Below are positions 1-12,727 of a stretch of 64,000 nt of DNA, one piece after another (within the stretch, counting starts at the first letter, position 1; the number at the start of each line of letters is the position of its first letter). A program made the translations under genes and the position numbers. The notes below the pieces were generated by a model. That model saw nothing but the letters and a program-made list of their open reading frames with translations, made no database searches and was not told the DNA's origin. Source of the stretch: Squalus acanthias (Eukaryota); contig CM059432.1 of NCBI GenBank assembly GCA_030390025.1, forward strand, positions 80,726,001 to 80,790,000, read 5' to 3'.

Positions 1-83
1 AACAGATTAAACCAGCAGCGGAACCGGAACCCGCCGATCAGCCAACCCGACTCCAACCTGCCTCCACTCGGAAAATCGTGGCC
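1..83. mobile_element. End of a PIF/Harbinger-type MITE, truncated by the window edge
   Basis: GC-rich subterminal sequence ending GAAAATCGTGGCC then TAA; resembles the other Harbinger termini in the window. Confidence 0.5.
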
Positions 84-864
84 TAAAGATGAGTACTAAA
101 TCTAGTCTGATCTAAACTGATTCTTTGAGCATATTCTCATTTACTCTATTTGGATACAGGTTTAGAATCATGGAATGGTTACAGCACAGAAGGAGGCCAT
201 TTGGCCCGTCGAGCCTGTGCCGGTATTCTTCAAGAGCACTTCAGCCAGTCCCACTCCCCCGCCCTTTCCCCGTAGCCCTGCAAATTTTTTTCCTTCAGGT
301 ACTTATCCAATTCCCTTTTGAAAGCTGTGATTGAGTTTGCCTCCACCACCCTTTAAGGCAGTGCATTCCAGATCATAACCACTCGCTGAGTAAAAAAGTT
401 TTTCTTCGCCTTTGGTTCTTTTGCCAATCACCTTGAATCTATGTCCTCTAGTTCTCGACCCTTCTGCCAATGGGAGCAATTTCTCTAACTACTCTGTCCA
501 GACCCCTCATGATTTTGAATACCTCTATCAAATCTCCTCTCAACCTTCTCTGCTTTAAGGAGAACAACCCCAGCTTCTCTAGTCTATCCACGTAACTGAA
601 GTCCCTCATCCCTGGAATCATTCTCGTAAATTTTTTCTGCACCCTCTCGAAGGTCTTCAAATCCTTCCGAAAGTGCGGTGCCCAGAATTGGACACAATAT
701 TCCAGTTGAGGTCAGACCAGTATTTTATAAAGGTTCATCATAACTTCCTTGCTTTTGTACTCTATGCCTCTATTTATGAAGCGGAGATGCCGGTGTTGGA
801 CTGGGGTGGACAAAATTGAGAGGTCGCACAACACCAGGTTATAGTCCAACAGTTTTATTTGAAA

Positions 865-906
865 TCACAAGCTTTCGGAGCTATCGATTGCTCCTTCCTC
901 AGGTGA
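865..906 (-). ncRNA. Mirror copy of the minimal hammerhead ribozyme
   Basis: Reverse complement of 1800-1841. Confidence 0.78.
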
Positions 907-1799
907 AGTAAATTAGATACAGAATCGCCAAAGCATATATAGATAGAGAACAAAGCATGTGTACCTTACAATTGCAGACCACTAAATTAAATCATCCTGA
1001 CTATCTGCCGAGGTGTGATAAAGTTAATCAAGTCAGCCAGGAAGGTACCACATCAAAGACATAGCAAGATACAACTGAGACAATGAGGTGTAGTCGCAGG
1101 GGTTCTAACGTGTCAAAAGCTGCCGTCTGTATGTAAAACGAAAAGCTTTAAAATTTTTACTTTTTTACTGGGAAAATTTTTACTTTTTTACTGGGAATCA
1201 CATCTGTGAACAAGCCAACGACGACTCGAGTCCGGATCACGTCATGTATCGTGACATAAACCCAAGATCCCGGTTGAGACCGTCTTCATGAGTGCGGAAC
1301 TTGGCTATCAGTTTCTGCTCGATGATTTTGCGTTGTCGTGTGTTTCTAAGGCTGCCTTAGAAACACACGACAACGCAAAATCATCGAGCAGAAACTGATA
1401 GCCAAGTTCCGCACTCATGAAGACGGTCTCAACCGGGATCTTGGGTTTATGTCACGATACATGACGTGATCCGGACTCGAGTCGTCGTTGGCTTGTTCAC
1501 AGATGTGATTCCCAGTAAAAAAGTAAAAATTTTCCCAGTAAAAAAGTAAAAATTTTAAAGCTTTTCGTTTTACATACAGACGGCAGCTTTTGACACGTTA
1601 GAACCCCTGCGACTACACCTCATTGTCTCAGTTGTATCTTGCTATGTCTTTGATGTGGTACCTTCCTGGCTGACTTGATTAACTTTATCACACCTCGGCA
1701 GATAGTCAGGATGATTTAATTTAGTGGTCTGCAATTGTAAGGTACACATGCTTTGTTCTCTATCTATATATGCTTTGGCGATTCTGTATCTAATTTACT

Positions 1800-1841
1800 T
1801 CACCTGAGGAAGGAGCAATCGATAGCTCCGAAAGCTTGTGA
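1800..1841 (+). ncRNA. Minimal type I hammerhead ribozyme in the PLE pLTR
   Basis: tcac-CTGAGGA-a-GGAGC(aatcgata)GCTCC-GAAA-gctt-gtga: stem I tcac/gtga, 5-bp stem II, palindromic AAGCTT in place of stem III. Confidence 0.8.
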
Positions 1842-4800
1842 TTTCAAATAAAACTGTTGGACTATAACCTGGTGTTGTGCGACCTCTCAATTCTATTTAT
1901 GAAGCCCAGGATCCCGTATGCTTTTTTAACCGCTTTCTCAACCTGCCCTGTCACCTTCAGCGATTTGTGCACATGTACCCCCAGGTCTCTCTGTTCATGC
2001 AGCCCCTTTAGGATTGTACTCTTTAGTTTATATTGCCTCTCCTCGTTCTTCCTACCAAAATGTATCACTTCGCACTTTTCTGTGTTAAATTTCATCTGCC
2101 ACGTGTCCGCCCATTTCACCAGCCTGTCTATGTCTTCTTGAAGTCTATCACTATCCTCCTCACTGTTCACTATACTTCCAAGTTTTGTGTCACCTGCAAA
2201 TTTTGAAATTGTGCCCTGTACTCCCAAGTCCAAGTCATTAATATATACCAAGAAAAGCAGTGGTCCTAGTACCGACCCCTGGGGAACACCACTGTATACC
2301 TTTCTCCAGTCTGAAAAACAACCGTTCACCGCTACTCTCTGTTTCCTGTCACTTAGCCAATTTCGTATCCATGCTGCCACTGTCCCTTTTATTCCATGGG
2401 CTTCAACTTTGCTGGCAAGCTTATTTGTGCCACTTTATCAAACGCCTTTTGGAAGTCCAAATACACCACGTCAACCGCATTGCCCTCATCAACTCTCTCT
2501 GTTAACTGATCAAAAAACTTGATCAAGTTAGTTAAATACGATTTGCCTTTAACAAATTTAGCAGTTTGTTACAGAAATTGGCTGCATATATACACAAAGC
2601 AACAGCTTGTTTTCCATGCCAAATGTGCACACCAAGGGATTTAATTTGCTCTTAGTGTGTTAAATGAGTTAATTCTGTTTTATTTTCTAACACAATTAAG
2701 GGAGCAATCAAAAAAATTAGAATAATGGTACTGAATTACCTGTTAATTCCATTAATGGGCAAATGATTGCTTTAAATAATGCACAGTACTCAATCCACCT
2801 GTGAAGTACATAAAATTAACCACTGATAGAGTTAAGTGTAGAAAGACCCACATCACAGAGAGACCATGCAAATCACTGTAGATGGTATAAGGAAATGAAG
2901 AAATGCTGTCTATAGTTCAGAAGAATGACCCACAATAAAGCAGATGGGTGTATGAGATAATTGTGTGGAATGCTAACAACGTTTGGAAGAATGTGCAGAA
3001 GTTGCCCAGTTTAAGGAAAAGCAACAAGGTAAGCATTTAGAATCAGTCAATTATCTCATATTGTTGTATACGGGCATAACTGCCAGTTACTTTACATCGC
3101 TATATATGAATATGGGTCCCAATTATCCTACATTTTTAGAAATGCCTCTACAAGGAGGCTGCAGAGGTAACAGGCGACAGACACGTTTGGCTGTATAATT
3201 TCACAGAAGAGTATCGCTAACCTAAATTTAACAAGCACCTTGCTATGCAATACAAAAGAGAGCTGATGATGCTATTACAATAGCTTGAAAAGGCACATGC
3301 CTTTAAGAGGTTGCAAAAGATTTTCCCCCAACTTGTTTATATATAGATGTAACCGACTATATGAAAGTACTTAGTATGGTTTTCCATTTTCAACTAGCAA
3401 GATATTACAAATTTCATTCTGTGAGCCCTGCCAATTTATGTATACGTTGTGCAGCCTCTGCTTTTCTCTGCAAAGTTACATCTCAAGTAATGTAAATTAT
3501 TCTTTTCTTGGCAAAAGATGACGCCTTCAGTGGGCAATGCCATGTTGAGACTGGTGGTGACAGTCAGTGAATAAAATCCCTTACCCAATTTGAGCGGCCC
3601 ATTATGGATATTGTAGCCTGGGAATGTGTACACAGCATGGGGGATGCTGAACATTGTGGAAACAGCAATGCTGCTGGTTGGTGCAATGATAATTGCACAC
3701 ATTCACTATAGCAACGATTTTCACTGTCATCATATTCAAAGCAGTATTTGTGTTCCTTTACGAAACACAGTGTTTACTGTCATTGCCACAAAAATATGCA
3801 AAACAATGCCTTTTTGCTCAACTTGTGCCATCTTCTTTTTGCAGAATGGCTACAAGCCCGAAAGGAGGAAGCTGTTACAAGTGGAAATGTCACACTCCCC
3901 TCAGCACTCTGTGGCATTCACATTACTTTCAGCTTGGCACCAGCCCAGACATACACTTTTGAAGGTATTACTGTGTTTGACAAGGCAACACAGGCTGAAT
4001 CAAATAAAGAAGGAGGAAGGTGGCTGGTGAAGAAGGACTGGGTGTTGCTGTGTGGAGGTACAGCAGGACCTTGGGCACTTCGAACTTGCTTTGTGATTCT
4101 AGTCTCATGAAACCACAAATTAAATTTAGGATACTTTACAAGCATGAACTGGTGAGCAATTCACTTGTATCAATGCAGAAGACAATGCATCTGGTCTAGC
4201 TACACTTGTGGATTCTATCACCTGTCATGAAACGAGAGTTCTCTGCTCTGCAGCCTGTCATCGAGCAGCCTGCAGCCTCAGTGGCATCTCTGGTGAGACC
4301 TCTGGCACACGGTTGGCAGGCACACTTGGAACATCTCTTAGGAATGCTCCATTGATGATAGCGAGATATTGAGGTCTAAAGACCAAGATGCAATGAACAC
4401 CACTTTTGCTAGGAAATACATTTCAAAACACTCATGATGGAGGGATTCACAAACTTTGCAGCAATACTATGGTGGTCTATACGCACAAATCAGTGACTGC
4501 AGGTAGGACTTGGCCTCTAGAAGTACCATGCATGCCAAAGCACAGGAACAGGGGAGTACTCCTTGGGTCACCACCAGTCCCTTGCTAGCAACTGTTGCTG
4601 GGCAAGTAATGGGAGAAGTACAGCAAAGCTCCCAACTACTAGAAATGGACAAGTTATACCTGGCATGCAGGCAGGACTGTGTAGGCAGCCAGTGAAATTG
4701 TGCATCATGAGTATTCTTTGGGGAATGAGCACTGATTTGTATAATTTTTTTTGCCAGTGATTGTATACCATCTGAATATTGAGTAAACACTAACCTTGCA

Positions 4801-5199
4801 TCTTGATAAAATGCAAGGCATTATCTGCAGCATGATGGATGACAACTTGATTGCAATCAATGGTGCCTTGTACGAGGGGAATGCCACATAAATGGAAAAA
4901 TTGGGTCTACCTTTCCAGCTGTTACTGCTCTGCCTGCCGTATCTGTCACTTTACACTAGCTTCACATATTCAATTTAGTGCATTGTGTGATCCTGTAATT
5001 CCTAAGTAAATTTGCCAATATCCTATTAATTCCAGTTGAACAAACAGTTCACAAGCAAAAAAAACCTCTTAACATTGGATCAATACATTAATATATTTTA
5101 CAACTGTTTACTGCCAGGAGCAATTGAGCTGCATATACAAAAGGTAGCACTCGCTATATAAACACAACAAAATTACTTCTGTAACAACAATAACATTCC

Positions 5200-5870
5200 A
5201 TAGGTGCAGGAAAATGTTGCAAAGTGCTTTGTAATAAGGTGGCACCAAGCATGGGGAAAGGAGGAGATGGATGGGGAACCAAAGGCATTGATGAAGAGGA
5301 GGAATTTTGAAGTGGATTCGAAAGCACGGAGAGAGAGAGGGTAAGGTGGAGTGAAGTTGGAAGTGAATAAGAGAGGGCAGGAGCTTAGTGGATGAATAAG
5401 TGGCTACCACTGGTGAAACATAGGGGCAAGGAGCAAGGAAAAATCCGGTATTAGAGGTAAGGACAGTGCACACGGGCATAAAACAGGACGAGATTATTCA
5501 AGTGACAGGGGGTGACACCATGGAAAGATTTGACATGCTGGTGCATGGGGAGCTTGGAAATGATAGGGGCGATGGGAGTGTAGCATTTAGTATAGATGGG
5601 GATGTGAATTGCGATGTTTGGATGATGGAAGGTTGATGCGGGGAAGCCAGCTAGGGCAGGATTGGAGAAGTTAAGCCTTGAAGTGACGAAGGTATGGACT
5701 AGGGTTTCAACGCATAAGGGCAGAAGTGGCAATGTTGCAGAGGTGAAAGAAATCACTTTTAATAAGAGAGCATACATGGGGAAGAGTCTGATCTTGGCAT
5801 TGAACAGGGTGACAAGCTTCTGCACTCCATTTGAGGTGACAACCAGGGAGATTGATCTGTGGTCTGCACA
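5200..5870 (-). mobile_element. Degraded L2-clade LINE 3' fragment
   Basis: ORF 5451-5825(-): ETLVHTFVTSRLNFSNPALAGFP, resembling the L2 motif LVHAFITSRLDYCNSLLAGLP. Confidence 0.65.
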
Positions 5871-6094
5871 GAGTGGTCTTAAACGGAATGCATCTAAACA
5901 GAGTGTTAAAGTTGGGAATTTGGAGAGAGTGGGAATTCGGAGCAGAGGGGGAAGGAGGTGCTGGTTTTTGCCTCCAAAACTTGTAGTGCTTTGTTTTACA
6001 AGTAAATATTTAATTTCATCTACCTATAACATAAACTAGATCTAGTAATTCATTAAAAACTAAACTATAAGCTAAGTTAATTAAACACTTACGA

Positions 6095-7811
6095 AGCTCG
6101 GCGGGTCCGTGGCGGACAACGTCGGTGGCGGATCTCGACCCCGCTGCTGCCTCCATCCCGGCCTCTGAAATGACTTTCCGATGATTGGGCCAGCGCATTT
6201 CCCAGCCAATTGAAGGAAGTGGGTCTGATGACGTTATTTATGACGCGTCATCAGCCGGTTTCCTTAAAGGGGCCATGCCCAAATTTTAGTTTGACATTTG
6301 TGCTGTCAGTGTTCTACAGCATTGAGGTGCTGCAAACACGGACAAGCACTGCGCAGAGGTGCACGGCTGCACCCAGGCTTTCCCATGACTCCCTCCATAT
6401 GCTTATGGAGGGAGTCACAGCACAAAGGGAGGTCCTCTTCCCTTCCCATGAGTGGAAGAGACCTCCCCAGGACACCAATGTAGTCTGGTTTCACATTGCA
6501 CAAGAGGGCACAAGCAGGGATGTCGTCAGGAGGACCTGGCTGCCGTGGCGCAAACCTTTCAATGATCTCAGTAGATCACAAAATGTTACTGCAAAGCCAC
6601 ACTCAACCTCATCCTGCTGTGCCACTCATCACATCCCCATCACTCTGCCTTCCCTACCCTACTCCTGTACATCCTTACTCACACCAACTTACCTTGCACC
6701 TCCATCCATCCCTCTCTATCTACATTATCACTTCCCCATCTCACTAGCCACCCCTCACACTCACTCTCATCCTACTGCAAGCATACCAACTAACAACACA
6801 CAAGGGTAGGCACTTGGATGTTTTAGCCAATGTTCATGTAAAGTTTCTGTTAATGTGCTGTCAAACATTGAAACCTTTATTTTCAACACTTTGCGTTCTT
6901 GGAAAGATTTGTGTGCACCTTTAGAAGTGAATTAGTGAGTTGCAGTGAATGCTGATGAGTGTGAAAGGAATAGCTTGGGCATTGTAGGGATACTTTATGT
7001 TGTTGGTGTGGGATAGTGCCAACCTGGCACATCATGTGGCATCCAGGGTGTACACCGTCAAGTGAATTAAATGTGGCCATGGTGAAGCCATCCCTGGCCT
7101 CCCAGGCAGCAATGTGGTTGGGTTCTGATGCCCTGTGTCCTGTGCAGCATCAGGTGATTGCAGAGAAGGTTGGTGGTGTTGTTCGTGCTGCTGGTGTGCC
7201 TGGTGATGCTGGTGTTGGGGCTGATCGTGGTGAGATTCTGAAGACCAAGGTGAGAAGGTTTCAAGGGCACCCATGCTGATGGAATAGATGACAGGTGAAG
7301 TAGAGATGACAGAAGCGATCTGTCAATGGTGGGAGAGGTAATGAGGTCAGACTGGGTGGAGACTTGTGTAAAGACTTGCAGCGTGGTGAATCTGTAGTGG
7401 AAATGCAGTTTAGAGAAGCTAGTGGTTAAGGGAACATTTCTCAATCAGCTGGGAGCTATGACTTGACATTTGAAGCTGTCAACTCATCAGCTGATTCAAT
7501 GGCCACTGACCTCCCGCCTCAGCTTCAAGCCTCAGTTTCCCATCTAGGCACAGCGGGAAACTGGTGGGCGACCTGTCAAATCCAAAAAGCTGGGAAAAAA
7601 ACAGTTAAATGGCTGTAAACAAGCCACTAATTATTTTAATTGCCTCCCCTGCCGCTGCCTATCGGGTCTGCTCAGCGCTGGCAGAGCCGACATTGGGACA
7701 GTCCAGTGTGCGCGTTTTGACAGCGGGTTCCCGACCCGCTGTCAATCATTTAAAATTTAACAGCTGACCCACCACCCATCCCGTCCACTGAGCGCCGGCA
7801 AAATTCCGGCC
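6095..7811 (+). mobile_element. PIF/Harbinger remnant with the first exon of a Myb/SANT-like gene
   Basis: Peptide APRLSHDSLHMLMEGVTAQREVLFP...WFHIAQE...RRTWLPWRKPFNDL at ~6365-6580; right terminus AAAATTCCGGCC at 7811. Confidence 0.75.
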
Positions 7812-7855
7812 ATAAACTTTAATTAATTAAATAAATAAAACAAGGTTATATAGAG

Positions 7856-8775
7856 ATGGCAGTGCAGGTGGTGTGCCACAACTGCAGCATTGGGACTTTG
7901 TGGAGAGCGTCGCGATCCCGGACGATCATGTTTTCAGTAAGTGTCTGCATCTCGGGGAACTTCAGCTCATAGTTGTTGAGCTGGATTCTGAGGTGCAGAC
8001 ATTGCGGGGCATCAGGGAGGGGGAGACTTACCTGAACACTTTGATCCAGGAGGCGGTCACACCCCTTAGGTTAGGTAGTGGTACAGGTCTGGTTAGTGGT
8101 CAGGGACAGGAGGGTGTGACTGTGACTCAGGCAGGTAAGGGGACCCCAGGTTCAGTGCTGGAGGAAACTTGCCCTTTGCCCTTATCCAGCAGGTATGAGG
8201 TTCTTGCTGCCTGTGTGGATGAGCAAACTGACCATGGCACCGTGGTACAGGCGGCCATTCAAGCGGGGAGAGTGAAAAGGAATGTTGCAGTAGTAGGGGA
8301 TAGTATAGTCAGGGGGATATATGCTATTCTCTGCACCCGCGACCGGGAGTTCCGAAGGCTGTCTTGCCTGCTCGGTGCCAGGGTTAAGGATATCTCCTTG
8401 TAGCTGGAGAAGAATTTGAAGTAGGAGGGGAAGGATCCAGCTGTCGTGGTCCATGTTGGAACCAACAACATAGGTAGAACTAGGAATGAAGTTCTGCTGA
8501 GAGAGTTTGAGGAGCTAGGGTTCAAATTAAAACGCAGAACCTCATAGGTTCGGATTATTACCTGAGCCACGCGCAAATTGGCATAGGGACAAGCAGATCA
8601 GAGAGTTAAAAGTGTGGCTCAAACAGTGGTGAGGAAGGGGTTTCGATTCATGGGGCACTGACACCAGTACTGGGGAAAGAGGGAGCTGTTCCATGGGGAC
8701 GGGCTCCACTGATACTGGGCTGGGACCAGTGTCCTGCCGAATTGAATAAATAGAGCTGTAGATCGGGCTTTAAAC
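7856..8775 (+). pseudogene. CR1 ORF1 (Cys-rich N-terminus, coiled coil, SGNH esterase domain), disrupted
   Basis: Motifs VVGDSIVRG, LGARVKDI, VVVHVGTNNIG and DGLH; in-frame stops near 8401 and 8422. Confidence 0.8.
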
Positions 8776-11127
8776 TAAAAAGCGGGGTGGTGTGGTGGGG
8801 GGGTGGGGGGAGGTGTCAGGTGAGGGGAAATTTAGAAAACTAAAGAAAATACTCACTGCAATGGAGCAGTGTAGCGATTTGGGTAAAGATAAGCAGAGTG
8901 TGACAGGAAGGGACAGAGAGTTTAACGGTAAAAGTGCATCAGCCAATAAGGGAATAATAGTAAAAAGTTCAAATTAAAGGCTCTTTATTTGAATGCATGA
9001 AGCAGTCGTAACAATATAGACAAATTAGTGGCACAAATAGAGATCAATGGGTTTGATCTAATAGCCATTACAGAGACGTGGTTGCAAGGTGACCAAGGTT
9101 GGAAACTAAATATTTCAGGGTGCCTTACGTTTTGGAAAGACAGGCAGAATGGAAAAGGAGGGTGCAGCTCTGATAATAAAGCATGACATAAGGACAGTCA
9201 TGAGAAAGGATCTAGGCTTGGAAGATCAGGAAGTAGAATCAGTATGGGTGAAGATAAGAAATAACATGGGGCAGAAAACATTGGTGGGAGTAATTTATTG
9301 ACCCCCCTAACAGTAGCTATACCATTGGACAGAGTATTAACAAATAATAGGAGCTTGTAACAAAGGTAATGCAATAATCGAGTGAGATATTAATCTTCAT
9401 ATAGACTGGCCAAATCAAATTGGCAAAGGTAGTCTGGAGGACGAGTTCATGGAATGCATTCGAGACAGTTTCCTAGAACAGTACATCATGGAACCAACCA
9501 GGGAACAGGCTATTTTAGATCTTGTATTGTGCAATGAGACAGGGTTAATTAGTAATCTCACAGTAAAGGATCCTCTGGGGAAGAGTGATCATAATATGAT
9601 AGAATTTCACTTTAAGTTTGAGAGTGACATACTTCAGTCCGAAACAAGAGTCTTAAACTTAAATAAAGCCAATTACATAGGTATGAGGGGCAAGTTGGCG
9701 AAGGTAGATTGGGAAATTAGATTAAAAGGTATGACGGAAGATAAGCAGTGGCAAACATTTAAAGAAATATTGCAAAATTCTCAACGAATATATATTCCAT
9801 TGAGAAATAAAAACTCCACAGGAAAAGTGATGCATCCGTGGCTAACTAAAGAAGTTAAGGATAGTATTAGATTAAAAGAAGAGGCTTATAATGTTGCGAA
9901 GAATCGTAGTAAGCCTGAGGATTGGGAGAGGGTTAGAAACCAGCAAAGGTGACCAAAAAATTGATAAAAAGGGAGCAAACAGAATATTAAGAGAGTGAAC
10001 GAGTAAGAAACACAAAAACAGATTGTAAGAGCTTGTACAAGTATGTAAGAAGGAAAAGAGTAGCAAAAGTAAGCATTGGTCCCTTAGAGGCTGAGACAGG
10101 AGAAATTATAATGTGAATAAGGAAATGGCAGAGACTTTAAACAAATATTTTGTATCTGTCTTCATAGTAGAAGACACAAAAGCCATATCAAAAATAGTGG
10201 GGAATGAAGGGGCTAATAAGAGTGAGGAACTTAAAGTAATTAATATCAGTAGAGAAAAAGTACTTGAGAAACTAATGGGCCTAAAGGCTGACAAAACCAC
10301 TGGACCTGATGGCCTATATCCTCGGGTTCTAAAAGAGGTAGCTGCAGAGATAGTGGATGCATTTTTGTGATCTTCCAAAATACCCTGGATTCTAGAACAG
10401 TCCCAGCAGATTGGAAGGTAGCAAATGTAACCCCGCTATTCAAAAAAGGAGGGAAAGAGAAAACGGAACTACAGGCCAATTAGCCTGACATCTGTCATCG
10501 GGAAAATGCTGGAATCCATTATTAAGGAAGTGGTAACAGGGTACTTAGAAAATCATAATATGATTAGGCAGAGTCAGCATGGTTTTATGAAAGAGAAATT
10601 GTGTTTAACACATTTATTATAGTTTTTTGAGGATATAACTAGCAGGGTAGATGAAGGAGAAACCAGTGGATGTAGTATAATTGGATTTCCAAAAGGCATT
10701 CGATAAGGTGCCACATAAAAGTTTGCTACACAAGGTAAGGGCTCATGGGTTGGGGTAATATATTAGCATGGATAGAGGATTGGTTAATGGACAGAAAAGA
10801 GAGTAGGGATAAACGGGTCATTTTCCGGTTGGCAGGCTGTAACTAGTGGGGTGCCACAAGGATCAGTGCTTGGGCCTCCGTTATTTATAATCTATATTAA
10901 TGTCTTAGATGAAGGGACCGAGTGCAATGTATCCAAGATCGGGCAGGAAAGTGGAGTTGAGGTCGAACATCAGCCATGATCTTATTGAATGGCGGAGCAG
11001 GCTCGAGGGGCCATATGGCCTACTTCTGTTCCTAGTTCTTATGTTCTAAAGGCCAAATTCTCACAGGAGCTGGCAGCAGCTATAGAAGATGACCTCTTAG
11101 TTAATGCATAGATATGATGCCAGATAA

Positions 11128-11470
11128 GGGTATGGTAGCATAGTGATTATGTTACTAGACTAGTAATCCAGAGACCTGGACTAATGATCAGGAGATCTCA
11201 GTTCATAATCCCACCACCACAGCTGGGGAATTTAAATTCAGTTATTTAATAAATCTGGAATAAAAAGCTAGTATCAGTAATGGTGACCATGAAACTACCG
11301 AATTGTCGTAAAAACCCATCTGGTTCACTAATGGTTCCTTTAGGGAAGGAAATCTGCAGTCCTTACCTGGTCTGGCCTATATGTAACTCCAGACTCTTAA
11401 CTGCCCTCTGAAATGGCCTAGCAAGCCTCTCAAGGGTAATTAGGGATGGACAATAAATGCTGGGCTTGCC
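11128..11470 (+). mobile_element. tRNA-derived SINE with a conserved central domain and a LINE-derived tail
   Basis: A-box-like TGGTAGCATAGTG and B-box-like GTTCATAATCCC; core CTGGTTCACTAATG...AGGGAAGGAAATCTG...TGGTCTGGCCTA; tail matches the LINE 3' end at 12670-12727. Confidence 0.75.
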
Positions 11471-12727
11471 ATCAAGGCAGCATTTGACTGAATGTGGCAT
11501 CAAGGAGCCGTAGTAAAATTGAAGTCAATGGGAATCGGGGGAAAACTCTCCACTGGCTAGAGTCATACCTAGCACAAAGGAAGGTGGTTGTTGGAGGCCA
11601 ATCATCTCAGCTCCAGGACATCGCTGCAGGAGTTTCTCAGGGCAGTGTCCTAGGCCCAACCATCTTCAGCTGCTTCATCAATGACCTTCCCTCCATCATA
11701 GAATCATAAGAGGGGATGTTCGATGATGATTGCACAGTGTTCAGTTCCATTCGCAACTCCTCAGCTAATGAAGCAGTCCATGCCCGCATGCAGCAAGCCC
11801 TGGCCGACGTTCAGGCTTGGGCTGATAAGTGGCAGGTAGCATTCTCGCGACACAAGTTCCAGACAATGTCTATCTCCAACAAGAGAGAGTCTAACCAGCG
11901 CCCCTTGACATTCAATGGTATTACCATCACTGAATCCCCCACCATCAACATCCTGGGGGTCATCATTGACCAGAAAATTAACTGGACCAGCTGCGTAAAT
12001 ACTGTGGCTACAAGAGCAGGTCAGAGGCTGGGTATTCTGTGGCGAGTGTCTCACCTCCTGACTCCCCAAAGCCTTTCCAGCATCTACAAGGCACAAGTTA
12101 GGAGTGTGATGGCATACTCTCCAGTTGCCTGGATGAGTGCAGCTCCAACAACACTCAACACTATCCAGGATAAAGCAGCCCACTTGATTGACACTCCATC
12201 CACCACCTTAAACATTCACTCCCTCCACCGCCGGTGCATTGTGGCTACAGTGTGTACCATCTTTTTTTTCTTTATTCGTTCCTGGGATCTGAGCATCGCT
12301 GGCAAGGCCAGCATTTATTGCCCATCCCAAATTTCCCTTAACTGAGTGGCTTGCTAGACCATTTCAGAGGGCAGTTAAGAGTCAACCATATTGCTAGATG
12401 CACTGCTGCAACTCACCAAGGCTTCTTCGACAGCACTTCCCAAACCCGTGACCTCTATCAACCTAGAAGGACAAGGGCAGCAGATGCATAGGAAAACCAC
12501 CACCTGCAAGTTTCCCTCCAAGTCACACACCATCCTGACTTGGAAATATATCGCCATTCATTCGTTGCTGGGTCAAAATCCTGGAACTCCCTCCCTAACA
12601 TCACTGTTGGAGTAGCTTCACCTCACGGACTGCAGCGGTTCAAGAAGGCGGCTCACCGCCACCTTCTCAAGGGCAGTTGGGGATGGGCAATAAATGCTGG
12701 CCTTGCCAGCGACGCCCACATCCCTTG
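11471..12727 (+). mobile_element. Zenon-like CR1-group LINE, 5'-truncated, with an inverted SINE 3' fragment at ~12262-12395
   Basis: GVSQGSVLGPTIFSCFINDL, MFDDDCTVF and YKAQVRSVMAYSPVAWMSA. Confidence 0.8.

Larger units (their letters stand above)
783..1892. mobile_element. Penelope-like element (family A), inverted pLTR fold-back insertion
   Basis: Arms 814-1352 and 1354-1892 are reverse complements; one-sided tail 783-813; TSD TCTATTTATGAAGC at 769-782 and 1892-1905; GIY-YIG C-terminal peptide RKIIEQKLIAKFRTHEDGLNRDLGFMSRY from ~1375. Confidence 0.88.
163..2560 (-). mobile_element. CR1 LINE 3' part (RT C-terminus and 3' UTR), interrupted by the PLE insertion at 783-1891
   Basis: ORF 1862-2380(-): [21 protein letters not shown]...KFAGDTKL; ORF 448-660(-): RLRGDLIEVFKI; CR1 3' UTR and tail near 163-230. 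Confidence 0.92.
5880..11047 (+). mobile_element. Near full-length decayed CR1 LINE (5' UTR, ORF1, ORF2 EN/RT, 3' tail) with a Harbinger insertion in the 5' UTR and the ORF2 C-terminus deleted near 10937
   Basis: ORF1 from ATG ~7856; ORF2 from ~8980 with IAITETWL, GKSDHNMIEF, GPDGLYPRVLKE and [13 protein letters not shown]1 3' UTR at 10938-11047. Confidence 0.85.

Noticed and set aside
2850..4900. Cluster of short ORFs and an AAG|GTAAG donor-like site near 3029
   Set aside because: No coherent protein; faint resemblance to decayed Harbinger genes (LTVTTSLN) is too weak to call.
11128..11225. tRNA gene
   Set aside because: No full cloverleaf; this is the tRNA-derived head of a SINE.
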